Below, one piece after another: positions 33,565 to 42,774 of a DNA stretch of 64,000 nt. The translations under genes and the position numbers were made by a program. This DNA is from an uncultured virus (IMG/VR IMGVR_UViG_3300030106_005234). Lineage: Duplodnaviria > Heunggongvirae > Uroviricota > Caudoviricetes. Under the pieces are notes generated by a model that had not been told where the DNA came from, searched no databases, and saw only the letters and a list, made by a program, of their open reading frames with translations. The stretch lies in the IMG/VR virus record IMGVR_UViG_3300030106_005234; one strand, given 5' to 3'. The first letter of the stretch is position 1, and every line of letters begins with the position of its first letter.

Positions 33565-34273
33565 GATAAGGCTCCGGTGGTTTCAACTCTTCCTTGACCT
33601 CGATGTTTAATTTTTCAAGCTCATCAGCCATTTGTGATTTTTTGCAAACGATCCATTCTGGTTCATTGGGAACCGCCACCATTGGATCTTCAAGACGATG
33701 GAACCCATAAATGCGCTCATCCTCTGGCACGTTTTGATCTAGCAGCGTCGATCTTTGGGATACGCCCACTTGAATTTTTGCCTCCATGCATTTTGCCAAC
33801 CAAAACTCCACACACGCCCTGCCGGCTTCTGCAAAATGCAAATTGTTCGAGTAGCTGTAATCGACGCCGAAAAGATCAATTCTCCCCACCTTGTTCCAAT
33901 AGGCAAAGGCAATTGTCAGCGGGATGGTGTTGTTCAGATATGCGCATTTCGTATCTTGAACCACCTCTTCAATGGGGTATCGCACCGCGTTCGGGACCCT
34001 AGAATCCAGCTCAGAGGTGTAGCAAGGAATGTCACATTCCGGCAAAAACTTTTTCATCACGTCGGTTTGCGCACCCGCGTCATCGGTATCAAAAAACCGA
34101 CTCGCTGGATCCAGCATGAACATCCTATCGGACTTATAAACTGCGGCAGCTGAGTTGACCGTCCAGACCTCGTCCCACTCCACTCCATTTTCTCGACCAA
34201 TCGCGTAATCGACTTGCGAATTTCCCAAGGCGACGATCGCAATGTGAGCGCCCTGCAACGATACAATCGTCAC
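33557..34273 (-). CDS. Hypothetical enzyme, Rossmann-like (possible glycosyltransferase/MptE-like fold)
   Basis: IAIVALGNS, VWTVN, IDLFGVDY motifs. Confidence 0.5.
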   Translation of the reverse strand: MTIVSLQGAHIAIVALGNSQVDYAIGRENGVEWDEVWTVNSAAAVYKSDRMFMLDPASRFFDTDDAGAQTDVMKKFLPECDIPCYTSELDSRVPNAVRYPIEEVVQDTKCAYLNNTIPLTIAFAYWNKVGRIDLFGVDYSYSNNLHFAEAGRACVEFWLAKCMEAKIQVGVSQRSTLLDQNVPEDERIYGFHRLEDPMVAVPNEPEWIVCKKSQMADELEKLNIEVKEELKPPEPYRG

Positions 34274-34920
34274 TACCTAGTCCCTATCCGCGCCAGGTCA
34301 TACCGATACTCGTCTCTTGTTTCGCGGCCCTCTGCAATATTCTTCATCAAGGCAATGGCCTCTTTAAACCGTTGCTCCAACGTAGCCGTCACCTCGGGAG
34401 GCTCTTTCAAAAAAACTGCAGCCTCCGCAAGGGAGCCATAAAAAAGAGCGTCCGGGTAATCTGTCGATAAAAACGTGGTTCCACTTTCAGCGCCAGCTGT
34501 CAGAGATGCTGGCTTGTGCAGGTAATGAACTTCTACGTCGTAATTCGCATCGGGCACTGGCGCCAGTTCAAATGCGGTATCGTCAAACAACGAGTAATAT
34601 CTTGGCCTGCCAGTCGTTGTTGTATTGGGTGCAAACTCTTTGATGAACGACGTGTGCTTAAAATCGAGATAGTGGTAGGTGTTTGCTGATATCACCGCCA
34701 CACTGAATGGCGCATAAAAATCTGATGGCGTTGCTAGGAATCGATTGCTGGCAGTCATTGAGCCGGTGACGTTTTTACGCTGCTTTGGCAGTTCCACCAG
34801 TTTGAAAATACGTGCTTCAGACTCTTTGATGAAGGTCGGCAAATTGGTGACAAACGAACTTTCCGTACACTCCAGATAGTCTTGTATCGCCGTTTTTAAG
34901 GTTGCTAGGGTGAAACTCAT
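34273..34920 (-). CDS. Head-tail adaptor/tail tubular-like protein
   Basis: LKTAIQDY, GRPRYYS, LAPVPDANY, YPDALFYGSL. Confidence 0.65.
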   Translation of the reverse strand: MSFTLATLKTAIQDYLECTESSFVTNLPTFIKESEARIFKLVELPKQRKNVTGSMTASNRFLATPSDFYAPFSVAVISANTYHYLDFKHTSFIKEFAPNTTTTGRPRYYSLFDDTAFELAPVPDANYDVEVHYLHKPASLTAGAESGTTFLSTDYPDALFYGSLAEAAVFLKEPPEVTATLEQRFKEAIALMKNIAEGRETRDEYRYDLARIGTR

Positions 34921-35231
34921 GATGTCGTTATGGTTACCTCGCCAACACTCAACGTAAGCTCATAAGTATCGAGCTTCGTGCCAAGTATACCTTTGTCCAC
35001 ATTTGTGTATACCAAAAATTCTGTGTTGAATTCTGAATTTTCAGGTCTCGCGTTGCGAATCGCTTGTGGATCAGCTGGCTTTGGCTTGGGATCCAATTGT
35101 GGGTGTTTGGGTGACCACTGGTCTGGACCCACGATAAGACCATCCCACGTTTTTTTCATTTCGCGGCGTTTGTATCGGAACCCTGTGATGTCACAGATTC
35201 CGTAAGATTCTTTTCCAGACGCAAAAGCCAT
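34917..35231 (-). CDS. Conserved hypothetical phage protein
   Basis: GICDITGFRY...WDGLIV...KHPQL. Confidence 0.7.
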   Translation of the reverse strand: MAFASGKESYGICDITGFRYKRREMKKTWDGLIVGPDQWSPKHPQLDPKPKPADPQAIRNARPENSEFNTEFLVYTNVDKGILGTKLDTYELTLSVGEVTITTS

Positions 35232-35926
35232 TATGCTGAGTTATACCTGCCTAGATTCGGCGCGAGCCTAAGTGATGTGCGAGGCTCATCTTGCGATAAG
35301 GCTCTTTGAAATTCTTCCTCATAAACTTGCTTGAGCATGCCAGTTCTCTCTGGTGCTTTTTTCATACTAATGTAATAAGCGAGACCCGCAACAAAGCATG
35401 GGAAAAACCGAAACGGCATATCTACAGTATCGACAGCACCATCAGCATCATCCATGCGCGTGAGGACATTGAGCCTGACCGTGTAAGTGCTGTTTTTGTC
35501 TGGCACCGGCCAAACCGTAATTGTTGGTGTGGTCTGTTTGTTTATGAAAACTTGATTCGGCTTTCCGCTTGTTGTTTTTACGCTTAAATTCGCATACTCC
35601 GCCCGACTTATTTTGTTGAGCGGAAAGTCAGTTGTTTCACTATTGATTGTTTCTCGCACGTAAGCATCGAGGACATCAATAGGAGCTGTGGCGTTTGTGG
35701 AGTCGATGTTATAGGTCGAAGTGTCCTTAACCATAGTTATGTCTACTTCTTTGATCGTCCACTGATTCAGACCACGATTAGCCCACTCAGCCAACATGAG
35801 ATTGACGCTTCTTTTCGCAGTGCGCAAATCGTAGCCCGTGCGAAGCTCTAGGCCGCAACGCTCGAAAGCCTCTTCGATGTACTCTGCTACGTCTGGTTCA
35901 AAATTCTTGCTGCCGGATAGTGCCAT
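35231..35926 (-). CDS. Head-tail adaptor-like protein
   Basis: IEEAFERCG, EWANRGLNQW, VWPVPD, AGLAYY. Confidence 0.65.
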   Translation of the reverse strand: MALSGSKNFEPDVAEYIEEAFERCGLELRTGYDLRTAKRSVNLMLAEWANRGLNQWTIKEVDITMVKDTSTYNIDSTNATAPIDVLDAYVRETINSETTDFPLNKISRAEYANLSVKTTSGKPNQVFINKQTTPTITVWPVPDKNSTYTVRLNVLTRMDDADGAVDTVDMPFRFFPCFVAGLAYYISMKKAPERTGMLKQVYEEEFQRALSQDEPRTSLRLAPNLGRYNSA

Positions 35927-36601
35927 CTAATCCTCGTACAAGTTATTGAAAGTTATTGCCGGATCTAAATAACTTTCATGTCCTTCTGCGCTATGCGCCC
36001 ACTGCGACGGTTTAAAATCTGGAGCGCCTTCGCCTGTGACCCAAAGCGCCGGGCTTGTCGCCCTCACTCTGTTGTTAGGTAGCGCAACCAAGTTGCCTTT
36101 CCACTCACAGTCCTCAGTGATATATAGTACATGAGATTGTTTATGCTGGGCAGGATCATCGGCAATGTCAGAGTCCGTGTAGTCAACCGTAAACAAATAT
36201 CTAGATTTGTAAAACTCTCCATCAATTTTGGAAATCCACGGGGAAGAGCTGACTCGGTCCATCACCGTGACCGTGTGGTTTCTTGACTCACAATCCCACG
36301 GTTGGGCTAGATGGTCCTCCATCGGGCGAGGAAATTCATCTAAGGGCATGTCGAACACCAAACCTTGAATCGGCATCCTTGCCCACATGGCACCTCCATG
36401 AATATTGCCCTCATCCCAATCATCACAATCAGCCTCACACCCGGTAAAAACAACCTGAAAGCTCAGACTTCGATCGGGGATCGTGTTGACCGCAATGGCT
36501 AAGGCGTGCAGGTATTCATCATGATACTGTTCATGATTGAAAGTAAATTCTCTTCTTACCCAGCATTTGAAATGTGGGACGTTACTAAGAAGGTAAGCCA
36601 C
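35927..36601 (-). CDS. Conserved hypothetical phage protein
   Basis: 224-aa ORF (GAMWARMPI, QPWDC, YLFTVDY, PNNRVR). Confidence 0.7.
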   Translation of the reverse strand: MAYLLSNVPHFKCWVRREFTFNHEQYHDEYLHALAIAVNTIPDRSLSFQVVFTGCEADCDDWDEGNIHGGAMWARMPIQGLVFDMPLDEFPRPMEDHLAQPWDCESRNHTVTVMDRVSSSPWISKIDGEFYKSRYLFTVDYTDSDIADDPAQHKQSHVLYITEDCEWKGNLVALPNNRVRATSPALWVTGEGAPDFKPSQWAHSAEGHESYLDPAITFNNLYED

Positions 36602-36604
36602 AAA

Positions 36605-36820
36605 TTACGATTTGGATTTCTTCATCATCGCTCCGCCCTTCGACTTGCGCATGAGGGCACCACCTTTTGATTTCTTCATCAGGGCGCCACCTTTTGATTT
36701 CTTCATCAATGAGCCGCCTTTCGATTTCTTCATCATGGCACCGCCCTTGGACTTACGCATCATCGCTCCGCCCTTGGACTTTTTGTTTACCGAATAGCCT
36801 TTCGTTTTTTTGTAGGTCAT
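36605..36820 (-). CDS. Lys-rich repeat peptide, 6x KSKGG (27-bp tandem repeat)
   Basis: 9-aa repeat with synonymous variation between copies; in the operon direction. Confidence 0.7.
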   Translation of the reverse strand: MTYKKTKGYSVNKKSKGGAMMRKSKGGAMMKKSKGGSLMKKSKGGALMKKSKGGALMRKSKGGAMMKKSKS

Positions 36821-36828
36821 CTTTTTTC

Positions 36829-37152
36829 CTATGTTCTGCCAAACAATCCCATGTTCGGTCGCTTTGCTATGCCGCCACTACGTGCAACCATGGTTTTCAC
36901 ATTCGTCGGTTTACCACCAACCCCCTGCGGCTTGCTTCGCTTGCGCCGTACAGCAGAGGCGATTTGTGACTTGGACATTTGGTTAGCTTTTGATCGAGGA
37001 ACGCACTTAGGATATTTGCGTTTTGATTCTTGTGCTGAGGCCCTTCCACAAGACTGAAACTTGCCATCTTTTTTTGGGGCGCCAATGTCTACCCAGTCGC
37101 CCTTGCTACCCTTCCCAAACCACTCTGTCAAACCACCTTTGGGCTTGCCCAT
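36829..37152 (-). CDS. Basic hypothetical protein
   Basis: GGLTEWF, WVDI, CGR, YPKCVP. Confidence 0.7.
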   Translation of the reverse strand: MGKPKGGLTEWFGKGSKGDWVDIGAPKKDGKFQSCGRASAQESKRKYPKCVPRSKANQMSKSQIASAVRRKRSKPQGVGGKPTNVKTMVARSGGIAKRPNMGLFGRT

Positions 37153-37156
37153 CAGA

Positions 37157-37615
37157 TCAACTCCTGGGCACCCTGGTCTTTTTACGCTTGCTGTCCATCA
37201 TGGCGCCACATCCGCGACCTTGGACCATTACAGAACCACCGTTCATCATGAATCCCATTTTATTGCGCACCTTTGCTGGCAGTTTTCCAAGGCCTTTGTT
37301 GTCTTTTGGTATCGGTTTGAGAGACACGTCACCTCCGCCGTTCTTTCTGATCGCTCCGCCTTGAGCCGCGTATGTGCCACCCATTTTCTTATATTCGCGC
37401 ACCATGTAGCTATTCGCATATGCTGAGGGGTACACATCAAACTTGGCTTTTGCCTTCTGCTTCGCCTTTGCATAAAGGGACGGATTTTTTACGTTATCAG
37501 GTATGCTGCCGCCCCCGCTCATCTTGATTGCGCTTAGAGTTTTGGCTTGCTGGGCGTGTGTCTTGCTTGCCTTTTTTAAACCCTTGATCACTTTGTTTAA
37601 TTTTTTTTGTGTCAT
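37157..37615 (-). CDS. Basic hypothetical protein with several xxGG motifs
   Basis: KFDVYPSAYAN, GRGCGA; K-rich. Confidence 0.7.
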   Translation of the reverse strand: MTQKKLNKVIKGLKKASKTHAQQAKTLSAIKMSGGGSIPDNVKNPSLYAKAKQKAKAKFDVYPSAYANSYMVREYKKMGGTYAAQGGAIRKNGGGDVSLKPIPKDNKGLGKLPAKVRNKMGFMMNGGSVMVQGRGCGAMMDSKRKKTRVPRS

Positions 37616-38862
37616 CGCCCTCGACCGCCTCTGCCTCGCCGTCCACCGCTAGGCCCACCCCTAGCAGGCGTGCCTCTACTGGACCTACCCCTAGTAGGTG
37701 GCGTGCCCATAGCAGGCCTGCCTCTACCAGGCGGTGCATAAGTCGGTCGAACAGGCCTTGGCGGCAACCCTGGCATTTTTGGCGGCAACCCTGGCAGTAT
37801 TGGCCTTGCTGGCGTGCCATAATCAACTAGTCCCCCTGGGCCACCAGCCTGCACCGTCCCAACCTGTCTGGGATCCTGCTGTTGCTGTTGCTGTTGTTGT
37901 CTCAGCAATGCTTCTTGCCGCCCCCGCATCAATTGTTCTCGGCCAGTTACCGCTTTTGGCCTGGGGGGTCGGACTGGCAGTTGACCGACGATTTCAGGCA
38001 CTATCATTTGCCCTCCTCTGCCCGCACCTCTCTGAGTGGGATCAGGGGGTTGTACATTTCCCCTGCCTCCTCTGCCAGGACCTCTCTGAGCGGGAACAGG
38101 TCGCCGTAGACCTCCTCTACCAGGACCTCTCTGAGCGGGAGGTTGTACACCGCCCATACCAGGACCTATTTCAGCTAAAGAGGGGGGTTGTTGTAGACCT
38201 CCTCTGCCAGGACCTCTCTGAGCGGGAACAGGTGGCCGTACACCTCCTCTACCAGGACCTCTCTGAGCGGGAGGTTGTACACCTGGCCGAAAACCCCCTC
38301 TTTGTACTGGGCCTTCAGGAATAAATGACGCTGGGGGCGCACCAACTGGTTCCCCTGGCCCGCCAGCCTGCGGCGGTGCAGAGCGACCCGCTAGTTGTTT
38401 TTGCAACTCCGCTATCCGTGATTCAAGCGTGGAAAATTGTTGTGCATAGTCCGGCATTTGCTGTCGCGGCCGGCGCTTAAACCTTGGTCGAAACCCGCCA
38501 AAAAAACCACCGCCGCCCATGAAACCACCACCCCGCCGTGGGAAGCCACCACCCATGCCAGGGAAAGCACCACCCATACTTGCAAGGCCGCCGCCCATTC
38601 GTGGGACCATGCCGCCCATTCGAGGAAAGCCACCACCCATACCAGGGAAACCGCCGCCCATACCAGGGAAACGACCACCCATACCAGGGAAACGACCACC
38701 CATACCAGGGAAACCGCCACCCATACCAGGGGGGAGATTGAATGAGGGTTGTTGGCCAGGCTGTTGGCCAGGCTGTTGGCCAGGCTGTTGGCCAGGCTGT
38801 TGAGCCATCAACCTATTTCTCAATCGATCAAATAGGCTCGCACTCCCGTATGGTCTGATCAT
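37612..38862 (-). CDS. Low-complexity Gly/Pro/Arg/Gln-rich protein
   Basis: 416-aa ORF fills the operon gap; QQPG, GMGGxFP and QRGPGRGG repeats. Confidence 0.65.
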   Translation of the reverse strand: MIRPYGSASLFDRLRNRLMAQQPGQQPGQQPGQQPGQQPSFNLPPGMGGGFPGMGGRFPGMGGRFPGMGGGFPGMGGGFPRMGGMVPRMGGGLASMGGAFPGMGGGFPRRGGGFMGGGGFFGGFRPRFKRRPRQQMPDYAQQFSTLESRIAELQKQLAGRSAPPQAGGPGEPVGAPPASFIPEGPVQRGGFRPGVQPPAQRGPGRGGVRPPVPAQRGPGRGGLQQPPSLAEIGPGMGGVQPPAQRGPGRGGLRRPVPAQRGPGRGGRGNVQPPDPTQRGAGRGGQMIVPEIVGQLPVRPPRPKAVTGREQLMRGRQEALLRQQQQQQQQDPRQVGTVQAGGPGGLVDYGTPARPILPGLPPKMPGLPPRPVRPTYAPPGRGRPAMGTPPTRGRSSRGTPARGGPSGGRRGRGGRGR

Positions 38863-38876
38863 AAAACGGCCCCTAA

Positions 38877-39281
38877 CTAGTCGTACTTCTTGATCATTTC
38901 TAAAATAATCATATAACTGTCGCCACTGGAGTGACCCACAGTAGTGAAGTCAATGTCTCCGGTTTTGCCAGATCCAGCGTTATTTGGAATGGCGGTGAAG
39001 TTGTCATAATACTCATCGCCCGTCGCATCCGCCGGGATATGGGTGAGCAGCACGCTCGATGTCGCATCGAATTCCAGCTTGACGCTCATGCCCACCGTCA
39101 TCCAGTAAATTCTTTGGATGTGGACTTCCGTGCAGGCTTGCCCAGCCGAGTTTGCAGCCAAGGCAGACACGTCCACCTTTTTGACTGCTGACTCGCCCGT
39201 GCCGTCAGACACGTTGGTGAACCGCATTACTGCGGTTCTCTCGCCGTCCTGAATAGTTTGCGAAGCTACAGCATCAGCCAT
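38877..39281 (-). CDS. Conserved virion-associated protein
   Basis: AGGAGG RBS; MADAVASQTI...SDGTGESAVKKVDVS. Confidence 0.7.
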   Translation of the reverse strand: MADAVASQTIQDGERTAVMRFTNVSDGTGESAVKKVDVSALAANSAGQACTEVHIQRIYWMTVGMSVKLEFDATSSVLLTHIPADATGDEYYDNFTAIPNNAGSGKTGDIDFTTVGHSSGDSYMIILEMIKKYD

Positions 39282-39289
39282 ATCGCCTC

Positions 39290-40000
39290 CTACAATTCGG
39301 TTACTGCGGTACGTTCTTTATACGCGCCGATGTAATCGACGGTCAAAGTTTTGGCCGCGGCAGCACCATTTTGAATCCCGAATGACAGAGCTAACTCTTC
39401 ATCGTCCGGTGCGTTTGTGGAGACCACCGTGCCAGCTAACACGTTGTTTTGAAAAACGTGAAACTTCTGGTCTTTCGGATCGTAAAGAAATCCTACGGTC
39501 ATAAAGGTGTCGTCAGCCAAAGCATTAGGCAAATCTAAAGTAGATTGTGTGCTATCTTTTTCGACAATAAACGTGACAGTTGTCGCGCCATCAGATTTCA
39601 AAAAGAAAATCCCATCGGTCACGTCCAGGGGGGTCGTGTCTGTCAGCTGCAACCCGGCAACGATATCAGATTGAGTCGCATCGCTGGTTTTGAACCGGAT
39701 GTTGAACGCTAGCTGCTTGCCAGCTTCATAGCTGTAGCCTTCTTTGACCAGCTGGAAAAAATCGTGATCATCGTCAGCGTCGTCATTGGTGACCAATAAC
39801 AACCCGCCGTCGCCGTCAGTAAGAGCTTCGCTGGCGTTACCAGATCCACCTTCAGTCGTTGTAATTGTCCAATCGGACGCTAGATAGGTATCAAAATCAT
39901 TGAAGTAATAGTGATACTTGTGGGGTGCCGGCATTTTCAATTTGCCCAACGTTCCATCTGCAGAAACGTTGGTAACGCCGCTCGTAAAGTGTGTCGTCAT
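39290..40000 (-). CDS. Putative capsid-associated beta-rich protein
   Basis: GGAGG RBS; MTTHFTSGVTNV; position downstream of the capsid gene. Confidence 0.65.
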   Translation of the reverse strand: MTTHFTSGVTNVSADGTLGKLKMPAPHKYHYYFNDFDTYLASDWTITTTEGGSGNASEALTDGDGGLLLVTNDDADDDHDFFQLVKEGYSYEAGKQLAFNIRFKTSDATQSDIVAGLQLTDTTPLDVTDGIFFLKSDGATTVTFIVEKDSTQSTLDLPNALADDTFMTVGFLYDPKDQKFHVFQNNVLAGTVVSTNAPDDEELALSFGIQNGAAAAKTLTVDYIGAYKERTAVTEL

Positions 40001-40087
40001 ACAGTCCTCCAAAAAAAGACCAGCAACCGGCCAATCCGGGTGCCATAGAGACACTTCGAGTATACCACCTTGAGAACTAAAACAAAT

Positions 40088-40107
40088 AAAAAGGGCCGAA
40101 GCCCTTT
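40088..40107 (-). terminator. Intrinsic terminator after the helicase
   Basis: GGGC-TTCG-GCCC followed by TTTTT on minus. Confidence 0.75.
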
Positions 40108-40108
40108 C

Positions 40109-41944
40109 TTATCCGAACACTTTTTGGTAAGCCTCGGCTAAACCTGCGCTCACGATTTGGGCTTTGTATTTCCGTATCATGGTTTTTGCGGCATGCTGTT
40201 GCGCTGGCGTCCATTGGTCTTGGCTGAAAAGGCTTTTGCCGAAGCGCGTATCCGCTCCGTTAAAACCAACCCCGTCTTCGGCAGCTGCACCGTCACACGC
40301 TCCAGCGACAACACCAACAAAATCCTGTAAAGCATCTACCACTTTTGCAGGTAAGGCCTTCACCGATTTCTTGTTTTTTGCGGAAAATACTTTCTCTACA
40401 GTTTCCACATCGATTGCAATGTCCTCGATGCTGACGTTGTTTTCGACCACGTTGTCGAGCGCTTTATCGAGAACTTTCTGCTTATTGACTAGGACTTCCG
40501 CCAACCTCGCATCGATTGACCCGTCAACAACCAAGTGTTGTACCAGCACTGAATTGTCCTGGCCAATTCTGTGGCAGCGATCCTCAGCCTGTGACACGTT
40601 ACCAGGCACCCAGTCAAGCTCTGCAAACACAACGTGACTGGCAGAGGTCAAGGTAATTCCTACACCGGCAGCTCCGATGGTGCCGATAAAAACGTCAGCG
40701 TTACCGGCTTGGAATGTGTCAACAGAGTTTTGACGATGAGCTTGTGTGCAATCGCCTGTGAGGGTGACCACGGTCTTGCCAGCGACTTCAAGGCCTTGCT
40801 TGATGCCCTCGACGACATCTTTGTGGTGGGCCATAACGACCACTTGATGATCGATATCCGCGACGTGAGCAACCACATCAGCAACCTTCGCAAGCGCTGT
40901 ATCGTGCCGCACACCTGACATCTGCTCAAACTCTACCTCTTGTGAGGATGTTTCTGTGACTGCATCTGCAAGAGTTTCAAACTCTTTTTTGACCTCATCG
41001 CTGTAATTGGCGTTTGGCAGAACAATGATCTGTCGCACTTTCTCAGGCAGCTCCTTCAAGACCTGGTCTTTTTTTCTGCGGATCATAAATGACTGGCGCA
41101 GCAATCTTTGCAGCTCATCTAGGTTAGAAGCGCCATCAAAGTGCCAGCCGAATCGATCCCGATATGCAGCTGCGTAACGACGACCAAACTGGAAGAAATT
41201 ACCAAAGGTTGCCGGATCCAAGTAACCAGCGATTGGCTGCAGCTCGATCGGACGGTTCGTGATGGGTGTCCCGGTCAATACAACCTTGCGGTTTGCTTTG
41301 ATGCCTACAGCTACGCCAGTGCGCTTCGCTTTTGGGTTCTTGATGTAATGGGCCTCATCCATGATAACGAGATCCCAAGTACGTGCGTTGATCGCGTCTT
41401 TGTGCTTAGTCAGCACGTCGTAGTTGATGATAACCACGTCAGGTGTCCCAGGGATCTGCTCACCACCACCGTTGACGATCTGAATGTCACGCTCAGCGAC
41501 CAACCATTTGGTCATTTCGTTTTTCCAGTTGATCTTGAGAGACGCTGGGCATACAACCAACACGGTTTGAGGAGCTGTAGCATTAATCACGCCGATAGCT
41601 TGTATGGTTTTACCTAGACCCATTTCATCGCCAATCAGTGTAGATTGGCGCTGTGTCGCATACGCGATACCCGCCCTTTGATACGGAAGGTACGCCAGGC
41701 CAGCTGGCACTGGGATTTCAATGTCTGCATCAACAGCTTGAGAGTCGGCGATCGCCTGATCGTTATCTCTGAGGCGGGTGACCACCCATTGATCAGAGAC
41801 TTTGCGAACAGAATAACCGGCAGCTTTCACTGCTGCCTTACGCTCGCGCCACACTTGCCAAAAGTCTGCATTTGGCGTAGCAGTGCTTTTCAAGCGGCCA
41901 TCGGTGTGGACGGTTTCTTCTGACCAATTTAATTCCAAGTTCAT
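40109..41944 (-). CDS. SNF2-family (HARP/SMARCAL1-like) helicase
   Basis: PYQ, DEMGLGKT, VCPASL, DEAH, LTGTP, GVGITL, QAEDRCHRIGQ; start at MNLELNW after GGAG RBS and promoter. Confidence 0.9.
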   Translation of the reverse strand: MNLELNWSEETVHTDGRLKSTATPNADFWQVWRERKAAVKAAGYSVRKVSDQWVVTRLRDNDQAIADSQAVDADIEIPVPAGLAYLPYQRAGIAYATQRQSTLIGDEMGLGKTIQAIGVINATAPQTVLVVCPASLKINWKNEMTKWLVAERDIQIVNGGGEQIPGTPDVVIINYDVLTKHKDAINARTWDLVIMDEAHYIKNPKAKRTGVAVGIKANRKVVLTGTPITNRPIELQPIAGYLDPATFGNFFQFGRRYAAAYRDRFGWHFDGASNLDELQRLLRQSFMIRRKKDQVLKELPEKVRQIIVLPNANYSDEVKKEFETLADAVTETSSQEVEFEQMSGVRHDTALAKVADVVAHVADIDHQVVVMAHHKDVVEGIKQGLEVAGKTVVTLTGDCTQAHRQNSVDTFQAGNADVFIGTIGAAGVGITLTSASHVVFAELDWVPGNVSQAEDRCHRIGQDNSVLVQHLVVDGSIDARLAEVLVNKQKVLDKALDNVVENNVSIEDIAIDVETVEKVFSAKNKKSVKALPAKVVDALQDFVGVVAGACDGAAAEDGVGFNGADTRFGKSLFSQDQWTPAQQHAAKTMIRKYKAQIVSAGLAEAYQKVFG

Positions 41945-41969
41945 GTTCATGCTCCGTTGCAATGGGTAC

Positions 41970-41997
41970 ATTATACACTTACCGTGTCCTTGTGCAA
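41970..41997 (-). promoter_or_regulatory. Sigma70-like promoter with GACACG
   Basis: TTGCAC-16-TATAAT. Confidence 0.7.
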
Positions 41998-42018
41998 CAA
42001 TTTGCATAAAGTTATGAA

Positions 42019-42435
42019 GGACATAAAACACAGCTATAGGAGCTGTTACAGGAGGTAACTTCAACACACCAATAGGAGTGTTTTGAAGCGACAAGTACTT
42101 AAAACACACCAATAGGTGTATTTAAAAACGACAAGTACTTAAAACACAGCTATAGGAGCTGTTACAGGAGGTAACTTCAACACACCAATAGGAGTGTTTT
42201 GAAGCGACCGGGACATAAAACACAGCTATAGGAGCGGTCACCGGAGATAACTTCAACACGCCAATAGGAGTGTTTGAAAACCACTGGTACACAGAACACA
42301 CCAATAGGAGTGTTTGAAAACCACTGGTACACAGAACACACCAATAGGAGTGTTTGAAAACGACAGGTATCTACAACACACCAATAGGAGTGTTTGAAAA
42401 CGACGGGTATACAAAATACTGCTATAGGAGCTTAA
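42019..42435 (+). repeat. Array of 11 hairpin units (36-nt type A, 40-nt type B) with ATAGGAG core; candidate CsrB/RsmZ-like ncRNA
   Basis: Core starts at 42036, 42072, 42112 (ATAGGTG), 42152, 42188, 42228, 42264, 42304, 42344, 42384, 42424. Confidence 0.9.
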
Positions 42436-42446
42436 AACTCAGGCAC

Positions 42447-42474
42447 AAAAAAAGGGGCTTTCGCCCCTATCTTT
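42447..42474. terminator. Intrinsic terminator, strong on minus, possibly bidirectional
   Basis: A7-GGGGC-TTTC-GCCCC-TATCTTT. Confidence 0.75.
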
Positions 42475-42487
42475 GCCCAGTTAAGGA

Positions 42488-42688
42488 TCACAAATTATCG
42501 CTATCAGCACTCATTAGCTGTTTGTGTATTTCCGCCACTGTATCGAAACTCGCGTTCAAAACTCTTGCTGCGGTGTCTGATATTTGCACTTGCTCCGATC
42601 CGCTCAAATCCTCCAGCAAATTCTGCCGCTCTTCATTCATCAGGCCAACAAGGTAATCCCGTTGCTTGATTGTTAACTCTATTCGCAT
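42488..42688 (-). CDS. Small hypothetical protein
   Basis: CAACCGGAGA RBS, MRIELTIKQR..., own promoter. Confidence 0.65.
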   Translation of the reverse strand: MRIELTIKQRDYLVGLMNEERQNLLEDLSGSEQVQISDTAARVLNASFDTVAEIHKQLMSADSDNL

Positions 42689-42719
42689 TTCTGTCTCCGG
42701 TTGTTCCACTGATTTGCAG

Positions 42720-42748
42720 AATATACCCCGCTGCGTGTCGTAGTGCAA
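42720..42748 (-). promoter_or_regulatory. Sigma70-like promoter with GACACG
   Basis: TTGCAC-17-TATATT. Confidence 0.7.
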
Positions 42749-42774
42749 TATTTTGTACAAAGTTATTTGGGCAT

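Noticed and set aside
41945..42304. N-terminal extension of the helicase to 42112 and ORF 42122..42304
   Set aside because: These are translations of the repeat array; the promoter and RBS point to a start at 41944.
42019..42435. CRISPR mini-array (palindromic repeat ending TTGAAAAC)
   Set aside because: Intervening segments are only ~13 nt, similar or identical to each other, there are two unit types, and no cas gene is present.
42019..42435. TIGR-type guide array (36-nt units)
   Set aside because: Units mix 36 and 40 nt, there are no independent paired variable spacers, and I recognise no Nop-domain gene nearby.
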